64,000 nucleotides of DNA from contig CAWEYG010000003.1 of assembly GCA_963813155.1 (NCBI GenBank), positions 608,001 through 672,000 of the forward strand, in the 5' to 3' direction. The notes below the pieces were generated by a model, which saw only the letters and a program-made list of their open reading frames with translations, did no database searches and was not told where the DNA came from. Shown here piece by piece: positions 50,101 through 60,632 of this stretch (the first letter of the stretch is position 1; each line of letters begins with the position of its first letter). The translations under genes and the position numbers were made by a program. Origin of the DNA: an uncultured Acidobacteriota bacterium (GTDB lineage Bacteria; Acidobacteriota; Thermoanaerobaculia; UBA5066; DATFVB01).

Positions 50101-50940
50101 CTACGAGCTCGCCTCTTCGTTGCCCCGCCACGTCTCGTTGCTCTCGTCGTAGGCGGGGAGCTCGAAGGCCCAGCCGTTCGCCCGGAAGCGCTGCCACTCC
50201 CAGACCTTCGCCCACTTGAGAAAGACGCCGTAAGCCTGGAGCGCACAGAGCACGAAGCCGTGCCTCCCGTCGAGAAAGCCGGCCTGCAGCACGTACATCC
50301 GGAAGAACCTCCACGCCGGCCGGAAGAAGAGCTGGAGGGTTCCCGGCTTCCTCCCGCGCCGATAGGCCTCCGCGGCTCCCCACTCCGCGTACCGGTGGAG
50401 CTTTTCGAGGTACTGCGAAAACGACCGGAACGTGTAGTGCAGGAACGGCGAATCGAGAACCGGGGTCCGTCCTTCCGGCCGGATGTCCGCGTGCACTCGG
50501 CGATTCGGATATCTCGCGGTCCCCTTGCGGATCAGCCGGACGACCTTGTCGGTCGACCACCCGGAGTGGCGGATGATCCGGTCCACGAAGATGTTCTGCC
50601 GGCGGATGTAGTAGTGGTCGGCGTCGGGGCCTTTCTCCAGGAGCGCCAGGATCTCGCGGGAGAGCTCCGCGGTGACGCGCTCGTCGGCATCGACGATGAG
50701 CACCCACGGGCCCACGGCCCGGTCCATCGCCCAGTTCTTCTGGGCGGCCGACCCGAAATAGGCGTGCTGGACGACCTGCGCCTTCGGCATCGATTTCGCG
50801 ATTTCCACGGTCCTGTCGGTCGAGAAAGAATCGACGAGCAGGACCTCGTCGGCCCAGAGGACGCTCTCCAGGCACTCCTGGATGTTGATTTCCTCGTTGA
50901 AGGTCGTGATGATCGCCGTGATCCCGGGCCGCCCGGTCAC
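50101..50940 (-). CDS. Glycosyltransferase family 2 (WaaE/KdtX-like)
   Basis: IITTFNEEINI..CLESV, VDSFSTDRT, QKNWA, VDADE, VHA, GFLDG..G. Confidence 0.9.
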   Translation of the reverse strand: MTGRPGITAIITTFNEEINIQECLESVLWADEVLLVDSFSTDRTVEIAKSMPKAQVVQHAYFGSAAQKNWAMDRAVGPWVLIVDADERVTAELSREILALLEKGPDADHYYIRRQNIFVDRIIRHSGWSTDKVVRLIRKGTARYPNRRVHADIRPEGRTPVLDSPFLHYTFRSFSQYLEKLHRYAEWGAAEAYRRGRKPGTLQLFFRPAWRFFRMYVLQAGFLDGRHGFVLCALQAYGVFLKWAKVWEWQRFRANGWAFELPAYDESNETWRGNEEASS

Positions 50941-51726
50941 CCGTCCAACCTCACCTGGTACCGCTCGATCGCCGACGCCTTTCCCGTGGACTCGTCGATG
51001 GAAACGATGGCCGTCGAGAGGCGGATGTCATGTTTCGCCGGCTCGAAAGATCGCGGCGTCTGCGCGAGGAATTTTTCGATGACCTTTTCCTTCGAGAACC
51101 CGATGACGCCTTCATACCCGCCGGTGCAACCGACGTCGGTCAGGTAGGCGGTTCCCCCGGGCCGGATCGTCTCGTCGGCCGTCGGGAACGTGCGTGTGGG
51201 TCCCGATCACGGCCGAGACGCGCCCGTCCAGGTACCAGCCGAGCGCGTTTTTCTCCGACGTCGCCTCCGCGTGGAAATCGACGAAGATCACGCGGGCCTG
51301 CTTGCGAAGCCCGGGAAGCACCTCGTCCGCGATCCGGAACGGGGAGTCGATGTTTGCCATGAAGACGAGCCCCTGCAGGTTCAGGACGGCGACGGCGACC
51401 CCCGAGGCCGTCTTCTTGACGACCGATCCCCGGCCCGGATTTCCCGCCGGGTAATTCGCCGGGCGGAGCACGTCGTCGAGCTCGTCGAGGCTCGAAAGAA
51501 AGTCGCGCCGGTCCCAGATGTGGTTGCCCGACGAGAAGACGTCGATCGGCAGCTTCTTCAGGTCGTTGTAGATCTCGCGCGTGAGCCCGAACCCGCCGGC
51601 CGCGTTCTCGATGTTGACGATCGTGAAGTCGATCTTCTTGCGGTCGATCGTCTTCTCGAGCGCCTCCTGCAGCGCGCGGCGACCGGGATTGCCGATGACG
51701 TCGCCGACGAACAGGATGTTGATCAT
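50937..51726 (-). CDS. ymdB: YmdB-like metallophosphoesterase, TIGR00282 type (one apparent +1 frameshift near 51186)
   Basis: LFVGDVIG.PGR, ENAAGG, SGNHIWD, RPANYP, DFHAEATSEK, GTHTHVP, then TAYLTDVGCTG in the next frame. Confidence 0.92.
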
Positions 51727-51768
51727 GCGAAGTGTGGCTCGGCCGGCGAGGGTCCGGCCGTCGCCGCG

Positions 51769-53337
51769 TTATCTCGCATACTCGACGGCCCGCGTCTCGC
51801 GAATGACCGTGACCTTGATCTGTCCCGGGTACTGCAGCTCGGCTTCGATTTTCTTCGCGACGTCTTTCGAGAGCCACAGGGCCTCGTCGTCGGTCACCTT
51901 CGTCGCCTCGACGACGATCCGAAGCTCGCGGCCCGCCTGCACGGCGAAAGCCTTCTGCACGCCCTTGAAGCCGTCCGCGATGTGCTCGAGCTTCTCCAGG
52001 CGCTTGACGTAGGTCTCCAGAATCTCGCGCCTCGCCCCGGGACGGGCGGCCGAGAGGGCGTCGGCCCCGTTGACGAGCACCGCTTCGACCGACCTCGGCT
52101 CGTAGTCGCCGTGGTGGCACTCCATCGCGTGGATCACGGCCTCGATCTCGCCGAATTTCTTCAGCACTTCGCGCCCGAGCTCGAGGTGCGTGCCTTCCAT
52201 CTCCCGGTCGATCGCCTTGCCGATGTCGTGCAGCAGGCCCGCGCGCTTCGCCACGTCGACGTTGACGCCGAGCTCCGCCGCCATGTTTCCCGCCAGCCAT
52301 CCGACTTCCCGCGAGTGCTGGAGGACATTCTGGCCGTACGAGGTGCGGTACTTCAGGCGGCCGAGCAGCTTGACGAGCTCGGGGTGCAGATCGGGAATCC
52401 CGAACTCGAGCGCGACGGCCTCGCCTTCCTGACGGATCTTTTCCCACAGCTCCGCGCGGACCTTCTCGACGATCTCCTCGATTCGCGCGGGGTGGATGCG
52501 GCCGTCCTGGATGAGCCGCTGGATCGCCATGCGCGCGATCTCCCGGCGAACCGGCTCGAAGGCGGACAGAATGATCGCTTCCGGGGTGTCGTCGATGATG
52601 AGGTCGACGCCCGTCGCGGCCTCGAGCGCCCGGATGTTCCGGCCTTCCCGCCCGATGATCCGCCCCTTCAGGTCGTCGGAAGGCAGGTCGACGACCGAGA
52701 CCGTGGCCTCGACGACCGTGTCGGATGCCATCCTCTGGATCGCCATTCCGATGATCCGGCGGGCCTTCTGGGTCGCGTTCTCGGTCGCCTCCTCCTCGAT
52801 CCGCCGGACGAGGTGCGACGCTTCGAGGCGCGCCTCGTTCTCGATCGACTTCGTCAGGGTGAGCTTGGCCTGTTCGGCCGTCAGCCCCGAGATCGTCTCG
52901 AGCTTGTGCCGCTGTTCTTCGATGAGGTTCCGGAATTCCTGGTCGAGCCGTTCGTTCTCGCTCTGGCGCTTCGCGAGCTCTTTTTCCTTCTTGTCGAATT
53001 CCCCCGCCCGCTGCTCGATCTGCGAAGTTTTCCGGTCGAGGCCCTCCTCCTTCTGCGCCAGCCGCTTCTCCATCGCGGCGATCTCCTGGCGACGGGCGTT
53101 GGCCTGCTTGTCGAATTCGGACCGGGCCGCGAGCACCTTTTCCTTCGCCTCGATCTCGGCTTCGCGGCGCCGGGCGTCCGCCTGGCGCTTCGCGTCTTCG
53201 AGAAGGCGCTCCGCCTCCCTCCGGGCCGCGTTGCGGATCCCGGCGGTTCGTTTGCGGACAAGGACCGCGAAGATGACGGTGGCCAGCACCGCCGCGGCGA
53301 TTCCCACCACCAGAGCAACCAGAAGTGTCGAGTCCAT
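51769..53337 (-). CDS. rny: Ribonuclease Y
   Basis: N-terminal TM, coiled coil, KH ([13 protein letters not shown]), HD (LLHDIGKA), SAARPGAR. Confidence 0.97.
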   Translation of the reverse strand: MDSTLLVALVVGIAAAVLATVIFAVLVRKRTAGIRNAARREAERLLEDAKRQADARRREAEIEAKEKVLAARSEFDKQANARRQEIAAMEKRLAQKEEGLDRKTSQIEQRAGEFDKKEKELAKRQSENERLDQEFRNLIEEQRHKLETISGLTAEQAKLTLTKSIENEARLEASHLVRRIEEEATENATQKARRIIGMAIQRMASDTVVEATVSVVDLPSDDLKGRIIGREGRNIRALEAATGVDLIIDDTPEAIILSAFEPVRREIARMAIQRLIQDGRIHPARIEEIVEKVRAELWEKIRQEGEAVALEFGIPDLHPELVKLLGRLKYRTSYGQNVLQHSREVGWLAGNMAAELGVNVDVAKRAGLLHDIGKAIDREMEGTHLELGREVLKKFGEIEAVIHAMECHHGDYEPRSVEAVLVNGADALSAARPGARREILETYVKRLEKLEHIADGFKGVQKAFAVQAGRELRIVVEATKVTDDEALWLSKDVAKKIEAELQYPGQIKVTVIRETRAVEYAR

Positions 53338-53378
53338 CGCGCTTCTCCAGGACGCGCCGGAGGGCGAGAGATGAGAGA

Positions 53379-53559
53379 GGTCCCGCGTTGGCCGTGTGGG
53401 CGAGTCGGCTTGAACCTGTTAATAGACAGGTGGGTGCCCGAAAGGTGAAGCTTTAGTTTCCCGATCGTGTCGGGACGTCACCGCTCCACCGGAAGTCAAG
53501 CTCCCGAAATCTTAATGTTGGTTCAAGAGTGACTTTTCCATCACGAACCAAGCAGGACC
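53379..53559 (-). ncRNA. ssrS: 6S RNA
   Basis: About 181 nt; complementary ends (GGTCCTGC../..GCGGGACC), CTTGAACC/GGTTCAAG stem, GGGAGC..GGTG/CACC..CACCCACC central region; canonical position downstream of zapA. Confidence 0.88.
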
Positions 53560-53609
53560 AACCTTTCGTCAATGTTTTCTCTTCTCCGCCGAAACCGGCC
53601 GTTTCCGGC

Positions 53610-53909
53610 TCAGCGTGCCTCCAGGGCGTCGTCTAATTTCTTTATGAGGCGCTCCACCCTCGCCTTCGCGTTGGTGGGGTCGCCCTGACTCCTTTTCTCC
53701 CTCTGAAAGAGGTCGTCCGAGATATTCAGTGCCGCCAAAATCGCGATTTTGGCCGAATCCACGGTTGCAGCCCTTTCGGCTACTTCTCGCATCTTACCAT
53801 CCACGAACCGGGCCAGTTCGCGCACGTAGGAGCTGTCGCTGTCGGCCCGGACACTGTAGGTCTGGCCGTAAATCTCCACCTGCGTGATGTTGGCTCGCCT
53901 CTCCGGCAT
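53610..53909 (-). CDS. zapA: Cell division protein ZapA
   Basis: VEIYGQTYSV, LARFVDGKM, IAILAALNISDDL. Confidence 0.93.
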   Translation of the reverse strand: MPERRANITQVEIYGQTYSVRADSDSSYVRELARFVDGKMREVAERAATVDSAKIAILAALNISDDLFQREKRSQGDPTNAKARVERLIKKLDDALEAR

Positions 53910-53941
53910 GGACGCGATCCTTTCGGATCGCAGTATAGAGG

Positions 53942-54235
53942 CTAACCTCTATTCGCGTCAATCGTTTCCAGCGACTCGATCAGGCGGGAGAGGCGCTCGC
54001 GAACCTTCTCGCTGTCCTCCTCGTAACGCTTGACCTCGGAGGCCAGCTCCTCTTCGCGCTTGACCGACTTTCGGGCGCCGGCGAGCTCCTGTTTCAGCTT
54101 GTCGAGCTCCGCCTCGCGCTCCGAAACGCGCGCCTTGAGCCGCGCGTTCTCCTCGGCCGCCGCCCGGTAGCGCTCGAGCACCTTCTCGACCCGTTTTTCG
54201 AGGGAATCGAACACCTTTGCGTTGTCTGCCGTCAT
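53942..54235 (-). CDS. Coiled-coil protein, ZapB-like
   Basis: 97-aa heptad coiled coil (LEKRVEKVL..ENARLK..VRERLSRLI) between pheT and zapA. Confidence 0.8.
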   Translation of the reverse strand: MTADNAKVFDSLEKRVEKVLERYRAAAEENARLKARVSEREAELDKLKQELAGARKSVKREEELASEVKRYEEDSEKVRERLSRLIESLETIDANRG

Positions 54236-56316
54236 TTCGTCACTCCGAATTTCTCGTTCAAGATGGCCATGAGCCTATCCCGTTCCCGATTGACTTCCTC
54301 CAGGGAAAGCGTCCGGTCGCTCGCTCGAAACGCGAGCCGCAGCGTGACGTTCCTCGTGCCCGGCCGCGCCGGGTCTTCGAACAGCTTGAGCAGGATCGCC
54401 TCCTCGCAGTCCGCGAGTCGCGCCTCCCGAACGGCCTCGGAGATCTCCGCCCACGCGACGCCGGGCCGGCAGGCGACCGTGACGTCGACGTCGGCGGCGG
54501 GAAATCGGGAGTACTCGCGAAACGCGAGGTCCCGCCGGGAGCGCGGAAGGCCCCCCAGGTCCAGTTCCGCCACGGAGGCGTTGCCGAGCCTTCCCAGAAT
54601 CCCGATCCGGCGGCCCGCGACCAGGATCTCGAGGCCGGAACCCGGCGACAGGCAGGGGCGGCCGGCCGAAACGAAGTCCGGGGCCTCGCCCGCGACCGCC
54701 TCGAGGATCCGCGAGACCATCCCTTTCAGGTCGAAAATGTCGCTCGTCGCGCGCCGGAAATTCGTCCGGAGCCGCGCCCGCGAGAACCGCCGCGAAATGC
54801 CGGCTCTCGGTCTCCGCCGGGTCGGCGCCGGGCGCGGCCTCGCGGTCCCAGACCCTTCCCAGCTCGAAGAGGGCGATCGAGCGGCGGCCGCTGCGATGGT
54901 TGAGCGAAGCCGCCTCCAGCAGTCCCGGCAGGACGAGCCGGCGCAGCGCCGGCCGCGACGCGTCGAGTGGATTCGCGACGAGAAGAGGACGAGAGTCGGA
55001 ACGTCTCCTTCGCGAGCAGGTTTCCGCCGAGCGCGTCTTCCGAGTCGACGGCCACGAACGGAAAGCTCATCGCCTCGAAGAGCCCGGCCTCGCGGGCCTG
55101 GTCGGAGGCGAGCTCTTCGATCTCCCGGAGCGCGCGAGCCTCGTCCGGATCGTCGGAAAGGTACAGGGGCGAGAGGCGTTCGGAAGGGGGCAGCTCGGAG
55201 GGGATCTTCGAGTAGCCGTGGATGCGGACCACCTCTTCGACGAGGTCTTCCTCGAGGGAGACGTCAGGCCTCCAGGAAGGCACGGAAGCCTCGATCTCGC
55301 TCCCTTCGATCGTCGGGCCGAAACCGAGGCGTTCGAGGATCCCGGCCGACCGCTCGACCGACAGGCCGGAAAGGCCGGACAGCGCGAGCACGCGGGACTG
55401 GCGCAGGCGAACGCGGCGCGCGGCAAAAGGACGCGGATACTCGTCGATCATCCCGGCCGCGAGATCGCCGCCGGAGCGCTCGAGGATCAGCGAGGCCGCG
55501 AGCGCGAGGCCCTCGGGGATCGCCTCGATGTCGGCGCCCCGCTCGTACCGGTGCGAGGCGTCGGTGTGCAGCCCGTGCCGCCTCGCTGTCCGCCGGATCG
55601 ACACGGGGTCCCACCAGGCGGCTTCGAGAAGGACGTTCTTCGTCTTCCCCACCTGGATCGCGGAGTCGGCGCCGCCGAGCACTCCGGCGATCGAGAGCGC
55701 GCGGCGCGCGTCCGCGACGACGACGTCTTCGGGATGCAACTCGCGCTCGACGCCGTCGAGGCCGAGGAGCTTTTCCCCTTTTTTCGCGAGCCGCACGATC
55801 GAGGCGGGAACCTTCGACGCGGTCCGCGTCGAACGCGTGGAGTGGCTGGCCGATTCCCCAGAGGGAGATGTTCGTCGCGTCGACGAGCGCGTCGATCGGC
55901 TTCAGGCCGACGGCAGACATGCGGCGAATCCACTCCTCCCGCGAAGGAAGGGAAGAGACTCCGCGGATCACGCGGAGGCCGAACCGACGGCAACGGTCCG
56001 GCACCTCGATCGTCACCGACGCGAGCTCGGCGGCCGGGTGCGACCCCTCGCGCAGCTTCGGGCGCAGGCGTTCGTTCGCGAACGGCAGCTCGAGCGCGGC
56101 CGCGAGATCGCGCGCGAACCCGCGATGATTCATCGCATCGGGCCGGTTCGGCGTGACGTCCGCGTCGAAGACCGTGTCGGCGCCGGCCTTCTCGACGAGG
56201 CCGATCTCGAGGCCGATCTCGTTGGCCGTGAAGGCGAGGCGTTCGACGAACTCGGCGTTCAGCGAAGCCGGCTCGATTCCCCAGAACTCGCACAGCCACT
56301 CGAGCGAGAACTTCAC
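54232..56316 (-). CDS. pheT: Phenylalanine--tRNA ligase beta subunit, short form (three apparent +1 frameshifts near 55810, 54999, 54768)
   Basis: MKFSLEWL, TPNRPD, GQPLHAFD, IAGVLGG, VLLEAAWW, TDASHRYERG, PSWRPDV..EEDLVEEV.RIHGY, ANPL, YSRFPA, FRASDRTL across four frame segments. Confidence 0.93.
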
Positions 56317-57371
56317 GTCGCGCTCCGGAACTGCTCGAGGAACCGCAGGTCGTTTTCCCAGAAGAGCCTCAGGTCGGGCACGGAGTACTTCAGGAACGCG
56401 AGCCGGTCGATGCCGGTCCCGAACGCGAAGCCCGAGTAGACCTCCGGGTCCACGCCGCAGACCCGCAGCACGTTCGGGTGAACCATGCCGGCGCCGAGGA
56501 TCTCGATCCATCCCGACCCCTTGCACGTCCTGCAGCCCGCGCCGCGGCACAGGAAACACGTCATCGCGGCCTGGGCTCCCGGCTCGACGAACGGAAAGTA
56601 CGAGCACGTGAACCGGACCTTCGTGCCGCTCCCGAACAGCCCCTGGAGGAACGCTTCGATCGTTCCCTTCAGGTGCGCCATCGTGATGCCGCGGTCCACG
56701 ACGAGGCCCTCGATCTGGTGGAAGACGGGCGAATGCGTCGCGTCGACCTCGTCCTTCCGGTAGACGCGCCCCGGCGCGATGACGCGGATGGGAGCGCCGT
56801 GCCGTGTCAGGGCCCGGATCTGCACCGGCGAGGTGTGCGTGCGCAGCAGGTATTCCGGCGGCGCGCCCTCCCGCGCCGAGACGAGGAGCGTGTCCTGCGT
56901 GTCGCGGGCCGGGTGGTCCGGCGGAAAATTCAGCGCCGCGAAGTTGAAGAAATCCGTCTCGAGCTCGGGCCCGTCCGCGATCGAGAAGCCGAGACGGACG
57001 AACGCACGCTCGATCTGCCGCCGGGCGGCCGTGATCGGGTGGAGCGCGCCTCGGGGCGACGGGCGGCCGGGCAGCGTCGCGTCGACCTGTTCGCGGGCGG
57101 AGCGGCGCTCCGCCTCGGACGCGAGCATGCGCGCCTCGAGCCGTTCCAGCTCCCCTTCGATCTCCCGCTTGACCTCGTTCGCGCGTTTCCCGAAATCCGA
57201 CTTTTCGGCGCCCGAAAGCGTCTTCAGCCGCGCGAAGAAAGACGGGATCAGCCCGTGCTCGCGGTTGAGATACTTCCCCTTGAGCGACTCGTAGCCGGCC
57301 CGGGTCGACACTCCGGCCGCCTCGCGCCGAAACCGGTCCGCGACGTCCTCGATCCGAATCGGATCCGTCAC
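56313..57371 (-). CDS. pheS: Phenylalanine--tRNA ligase alpha subunit
   Basis: HPARDTQDT, LLRTHTSPVQIR, DATHSPVFHQIEG, YFPFVEP, WIEILGAGMVHP. Confidence 0.97.
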   Translation of the reverse strand: MTDPIRIEDVADRFRREAAGVSTRAGYESLKGKYLNREHGLIPSFFARLKTLSGAEKSDFGKRANEVKREIEGELERLEARMLASEAERRSAREQVDATLPGRPSPRGALHPITAARRQIERAFVRLGFSIADGPELETDFFNFAALNFPPDHPARDTQDTLLVSAREGAPPEYLLRTHTSPVQIRALTRHGAPIRVIAPGRVYRKDEVDATHSPVFHQIEGLVVDRGITMAHLKGTIEAFLQGLFGSGTKVRFTCSYFPFVEPGAQAAMTCFLCRGAGCRTCKGSGWIEILGAGMVHPNVLRVCGVDPEVYSGFAFGTGIDRLAFLKYSVPDLRLFWENDLRFLEQFRSAT

Positions 57372-57377
57372 GTCAGG

Positions 57378-57740
57378 TCAGGCCGGCTGCAGCGCTTTTT
57401 TCGCGACCGACACGAGATGCGTGAAGGCGCCGGGGTCCGAGACGGCGAGCTCGGAAAGCATCTTTCGGTTGATCTCGCTGCCCGATTTCTTCAGGCCGTC
57501 CATCAGCTTGCTGTACGAGATGTCGTTCTCGCGCGCGGCGGCGTTGATCCGCACGATCCACAGGCCGCGGAAGTCGCGCTTCTTCGCCTTCCGGTCGCGG
57601 TACGCGTACGCGAGCGATTTCTCGACCTGCTGCTTCGCGATACGGTACGACTTCGATTTCGTTCCGTAATAGCCTTTCGCGAGCTTCAGTACCTTCGCGC
57701 GGCGGTTCTTTCTCTTGGGTCCTCGTTTGACGCGGGGCAT
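57378..57740 (-). CDS. rplT: 50S ribosomal protein L20
   Basis: [30 protein letters not shown]. Confidence 0.98.
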   Translation of the reverse strand: MPRVKRGPKRKNRRAKVLKLAKGYYGTKSKSYRIAKQQVEKSLAYAYRDRKAKKRDFRGLWIVRINAAARENDISYSKLMDGLKKSGSEINRKMLSELAVSDPGAFTHLVSVAKKALQPA

Positions 57741-57768
57741 CTTCTTCCTCCGTCGGTGATGTTGATTT

Positions 57769-57969
57769 CTAGGTCGAGTACGGCAGCATCTCCCGCACTT
57801 TCGCGGTGTCGGCTTTCGAAACGAGGGTCCCCTGGTCGAGGTCTCGCTTCCGGCCGGATGCCTTCTTCGTCAGGATGTGGCTCTTGAAAGCCTTGCCTCG
57901 TTTGAACTTTCCGGATGCGGTCCTTTTGAATCTCTTCGCCGCTCCCCGGTGCGTTTTGAGCTTCGGCAT
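57769..57969 (-). CDS. rpmI: 50S ribosomal protein L35
   Basis: [27 protein letters not shown]. Confidence 0.97.
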   Translation of the reverse strand: MPKLKTHRGAAKRFKRTASGKFKRGKAFKSHILTKKASGRKRDLDQGTLVSKADTAKVREMLPYST

Positions 57970-57977
57970 CGAACTCC

Positions 57978-58547
57978 TCACTGTTCCTTTGCGGCGGCCG
58001 CTGCCTTGCCCTTCACGGGCTTGACCGCTTTTTCCACTTTGACCGGACCCAGAATCTGGTGCATCCGGTTGCCCATGATCTCCGGCGACGACTCCGCCAC
58101 GGCCTTGCCTTTGAGCTCCTCGACGATCCGGCGCAGGACCTTGAGCCCGTTTTCCCGCCGCGCCATTTCGCGCCCGCGGAACTGGATCGTCGCCTTCACC
58201 TTGTCGCCGTGCTCCAGGAAACGCAGGATGCTCGCCTTCTTGAAGTCGTAGTCGTGTTCGTCGATGTTCGGCCGAAACTTCACTTCCTTGACCTGCGTGA
58301 CCTTCTGTTTCTTCTTCGAGTCGTGCTGTTTCTTCTTCTGCTGATAGATGAACTTTCCGAAGTTCATGATCCGGCAGACCGGCGGGTTCGCGGTCGGCGC
58401 GATCTCGACCAGGTCGAGGCCGGCGGCCCGCGCCGTCTCCTGGGCTTGCGTCATCGCGACGACCCCCAGCGCCTCGCCGTCGGCGCCGATGAGACGGACC
58501 TCTTTCCATCGGATCTGTTCGTTGATTCGGATGCTCTTCTTATCGAT
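57978..58547 (-). CDS. infC: Translation initiation factor IF-3 (predicted AUC start)
   Basis: AAGGAGG-TTTTCA-ATC at 58547 is in frame with [42 protein letters not shown]. Confidence 0.95.
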   Translation of the reverse strand: MDKKSIRINEQIRWKEVRLIGADGEALGVVAMTQAQETARAAGLDLVEIAPTANPPVCRIMNFGKFIYQQKKKQHDSKKKQKVTQVKEVKFRPNIDEHDYDFKKASILRFLEHGDKVKATIQFRGREMARRENGLKVLRRIVEELKGKAVAESSPEIMGNRMHQILGPVKVEKAVKPVKGKAAAAAKEQ

Positions 58548-58559
58548 TGAAAACCTCCT

Positions 58560-60467
58560 TCACTGTTTCTTCTCCACTTCTTCCGCGAGCTCGGCGAGGA
58601 ATGTCTCGACGGACCGCGGTCCGAGATCTCCGGACTTGTGCTTGCGGGGCGAAACGGCGTTTTCCGCGCGCTCCCGCTCCCCCACGATCGCCATGTAGGG
58701 AATCTTCTTGAGCTCGGCGTCGCGGATTCGCGCGCCGAGCTTCTCGTTCCGGTCGTCCACTTCCGCCCGCAGCCCTCCGTCCTTCAACCTCCCGGCGACG
58801 GTCCGGGCGTAGTCGCCGAACTTGTCGGAGATCGGCAGGACGACGACCTGGTCGGGCGCGAGCCACAACGGGAAGTCTCCCGCCGTGTGCTCGATCAGTA
58901 TCCCGATGAACCGCTCGACCGAGCCCAGGATCGCCCGATGGAGCATGACGGGGCGGTGGGGCTGGTTGTCCTCGCCGACGTAGGTGAGATCGAACCGCTC
59001 CGGGTTGCTGAAATCCACCTGGAGCGTGCCGAGCTGCCACGGCCGCCCGATCGCGTCGGTCACCTCGAAGTCGAGCTTCGGGCCGTAGAAGGCGCCCTCC
59101 CCCGGCGACAGCCGGTACGGACGATTCCGCCGGTCGAACCCCTCCGCGAGCGCCTTTTCCGCGATCGACCAGTTTTCGTCGGTTCCCATCGACTTCTCGG
59201 GGCGCGTCGACAGAGCGACCCGGACGTCCGTGAACCCGAACGTGAGGTAAACCTCGTCGATGAAATCGACGAACCCGTCGATCTCTTCCGCGAGCCGCTC
59301 GATCGGCGTGAAGACGTGCGCGTCGTCCTGGGAAAAGGTTCGGACGCGCGTGAGGCCCTGGGTGACGCCGGAGCGTTCGTACCGATGGAGCCGGCCGAAA
59401 TCGGCGAACCGAACGGGCAGGTCGCGATAGGAACGGCGAGTCTCGCGATAGAGCAGGCAATGCCCGGGGCAGTTCATCGGCTTGACGCCGAACTCCCGCT
59501 CGTCGATCTCCGTGAAATACATGTTTTCGTGGTAGTTCTGGTAGTGCCCGGAAAGCTTGAACAGCTCGGAGTCGAAGATCTGGGGCGTGATGATTTCCCG
59601 GTAGCCGTACTTCCGATAGAGCCCACGAATGTATTCGACCAGCAAATTGTAGACCACCGCCCCGCGCGGGTGGAAAAACGGCGATGCGGGAGCCCAGGGA
59701 TGAAACGAAAACAGGTCGAGCTCGCGGCCCAGCTTCCGATGGTCGCGGGCTTTCGCTTCCTCGATGCGCTTCAAGTACGTGTCGAGCTCCGCCTGGGTGA
59801 GGAACGCGGCTCCGTAGATCCTCTGGAGCATGGGGTTGTGCTCGTCCCCTTTCCAGTAAGCGCCCGCCGAGTGGGTGAGCTTGAAGACGCCGAGCTTGCC
59901 CGTGGAGGGCACGTGGGGGCCGCGGCACAGGTCGATGAAGTCGCCCTGGCGGTAGCAGGAAACGCGGCCGTCCGGGATCCCGCGGATGATTTCGACCTTC
60001 AGGTGGTCTCCCTGGGCCTCGAAGATCTCGATCGCCTCGTCTTTCGACATCTCGAGGCGTTCGACCGGATTGTTCTCGGCAACGATCCGGCGCATCTCCG
60101 CTTCGATCGCGGCGAGGTCTTCGGGCGTGAACGGCCGGCCGGGGTCGAAGTCGTAGTAATAGCCGTTTTCGATCGCGGGCCCGATTCCGATCTTCACGTT
60201 CGGGAAGAGGCGCTTCACGGCGTTGGCCGTCAGGTGCGCCGTCGAATGGCGGTACAGCTCGACGGCGTCGGGAGATTTCGGAGTCACGATCTCGAGACGG
60301 GCGTCCGCTTCGATCGGCCTCGAAAGGTCGACGACCTGGCCGTCGACCTTTCCCGCGAGGGCGGCCTTCGCGAGCCCGGGCCCGATGGACGTCGCGACGT
60401 CGCGAACCGTCGCCCCTTTCGGGAACGCCCGGACCGAGCCGTCGGGAAGCGTGACCTGAACCTCCAA
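58560..60467 (-). CDS. thrS: Threonine--tRNA ligase
   Basis: VTLPDGS, RHSTAHL, DLCRGPHV, RDHRKLG, KPMNCPGH, GEGAFYGPK, HRAILGS.ERF. TTG start after GGAGG (start approximate). Confidence 0.97.
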   Translation of the reverse strand: MEVQVTLPDGSVRAFPKGATVRDVATSIGPGLAKAALAGKVDGQVVDLSRPIEADARLEIVTPKSPDAVELYRHSTAHLTANAVKRLFPNVKIGIGPAIENGYYYDFDPGRPFTPEDLAAIEAEMRRIVAENNPVERLEMSKDEAIEIFEAQGDHLKVEIIRGIPDGRVSCYRQGDFIDLCRGPHVPSTGKLGVFKLTHSAGAYWKGDEHNPMLQRIYGAAFLTQAELDTYLKRIEEAKARDHRKLGRELDLFSFHPWAPASPFFHPRGAVVYNLLVEYIRGLYRKYGYREIITPQIFDSELFKLSGHYQNYHENMYFTEIDEREFGVKPMNCPGHCLLYRETRRSYRDLPVRFADFGRLHRYERSGVTQGLTRVRTFSQDDAHVFTPIERLAEEIDGFVDFIDEVYLTFGFTDVRVALSTRPEKSMGTDENWSIAEKALAEGFDRRNRPYRLSPGEGAFYGPKLDFEVTDAIGRPWQLGTLQVDFSNPERFDLTYVGEDNQPHRPVMLHRAILGSVERFIGILIEHTAGDFPLWLAPDQVVVLPISDKFGDYARTVAGRLKDGGLRAEVDDRNEKLGARIRDAELKKIPYMAIVGERERAENAVSPRKHKSGDLGPRSVETFLAELAEEVEKKQ

Positions 60468-60477
60468 AATCCCCTCC

Positions 60478-60505
60478 AAAACAAAAACGCGGGTTGCCCC
60501 GCGTT
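60478..60505 (-). terminator. Rho-independent terminator-like hairpin between tRNA-Val and thrS
   Basis: Minus strand AACGCGGG-GCAA-CCCGCGTT followed by TTTGTTTT. Confidence 0.7.
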
Positions 60506-60522
60506 CCAAAACCGTTCACCGA

Positions 60523-60598
60523 TGGTAGGCGCTGGCGGGATCGAACCGCCGACCTCTTCCGTGTGAAGGAAGCGCTCTCCCAGCTGAGCTAAGCGCCT
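60523..60598 (-). tRNA. tRNA-Val(CAC)
   Basis: 76-nt cloverleaf AGGCGCT..AGCGCCT-ACCA; anticodon arm CTTCC-TTCACAC-GGAAG; GGTTCGATCCC T-arm; encoded CCA. Confidence 0.96.
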
Positions 60599-60632
60599 GA
60601 CGATCCGGCGCGGAATTTCCGCGATCGGATGT

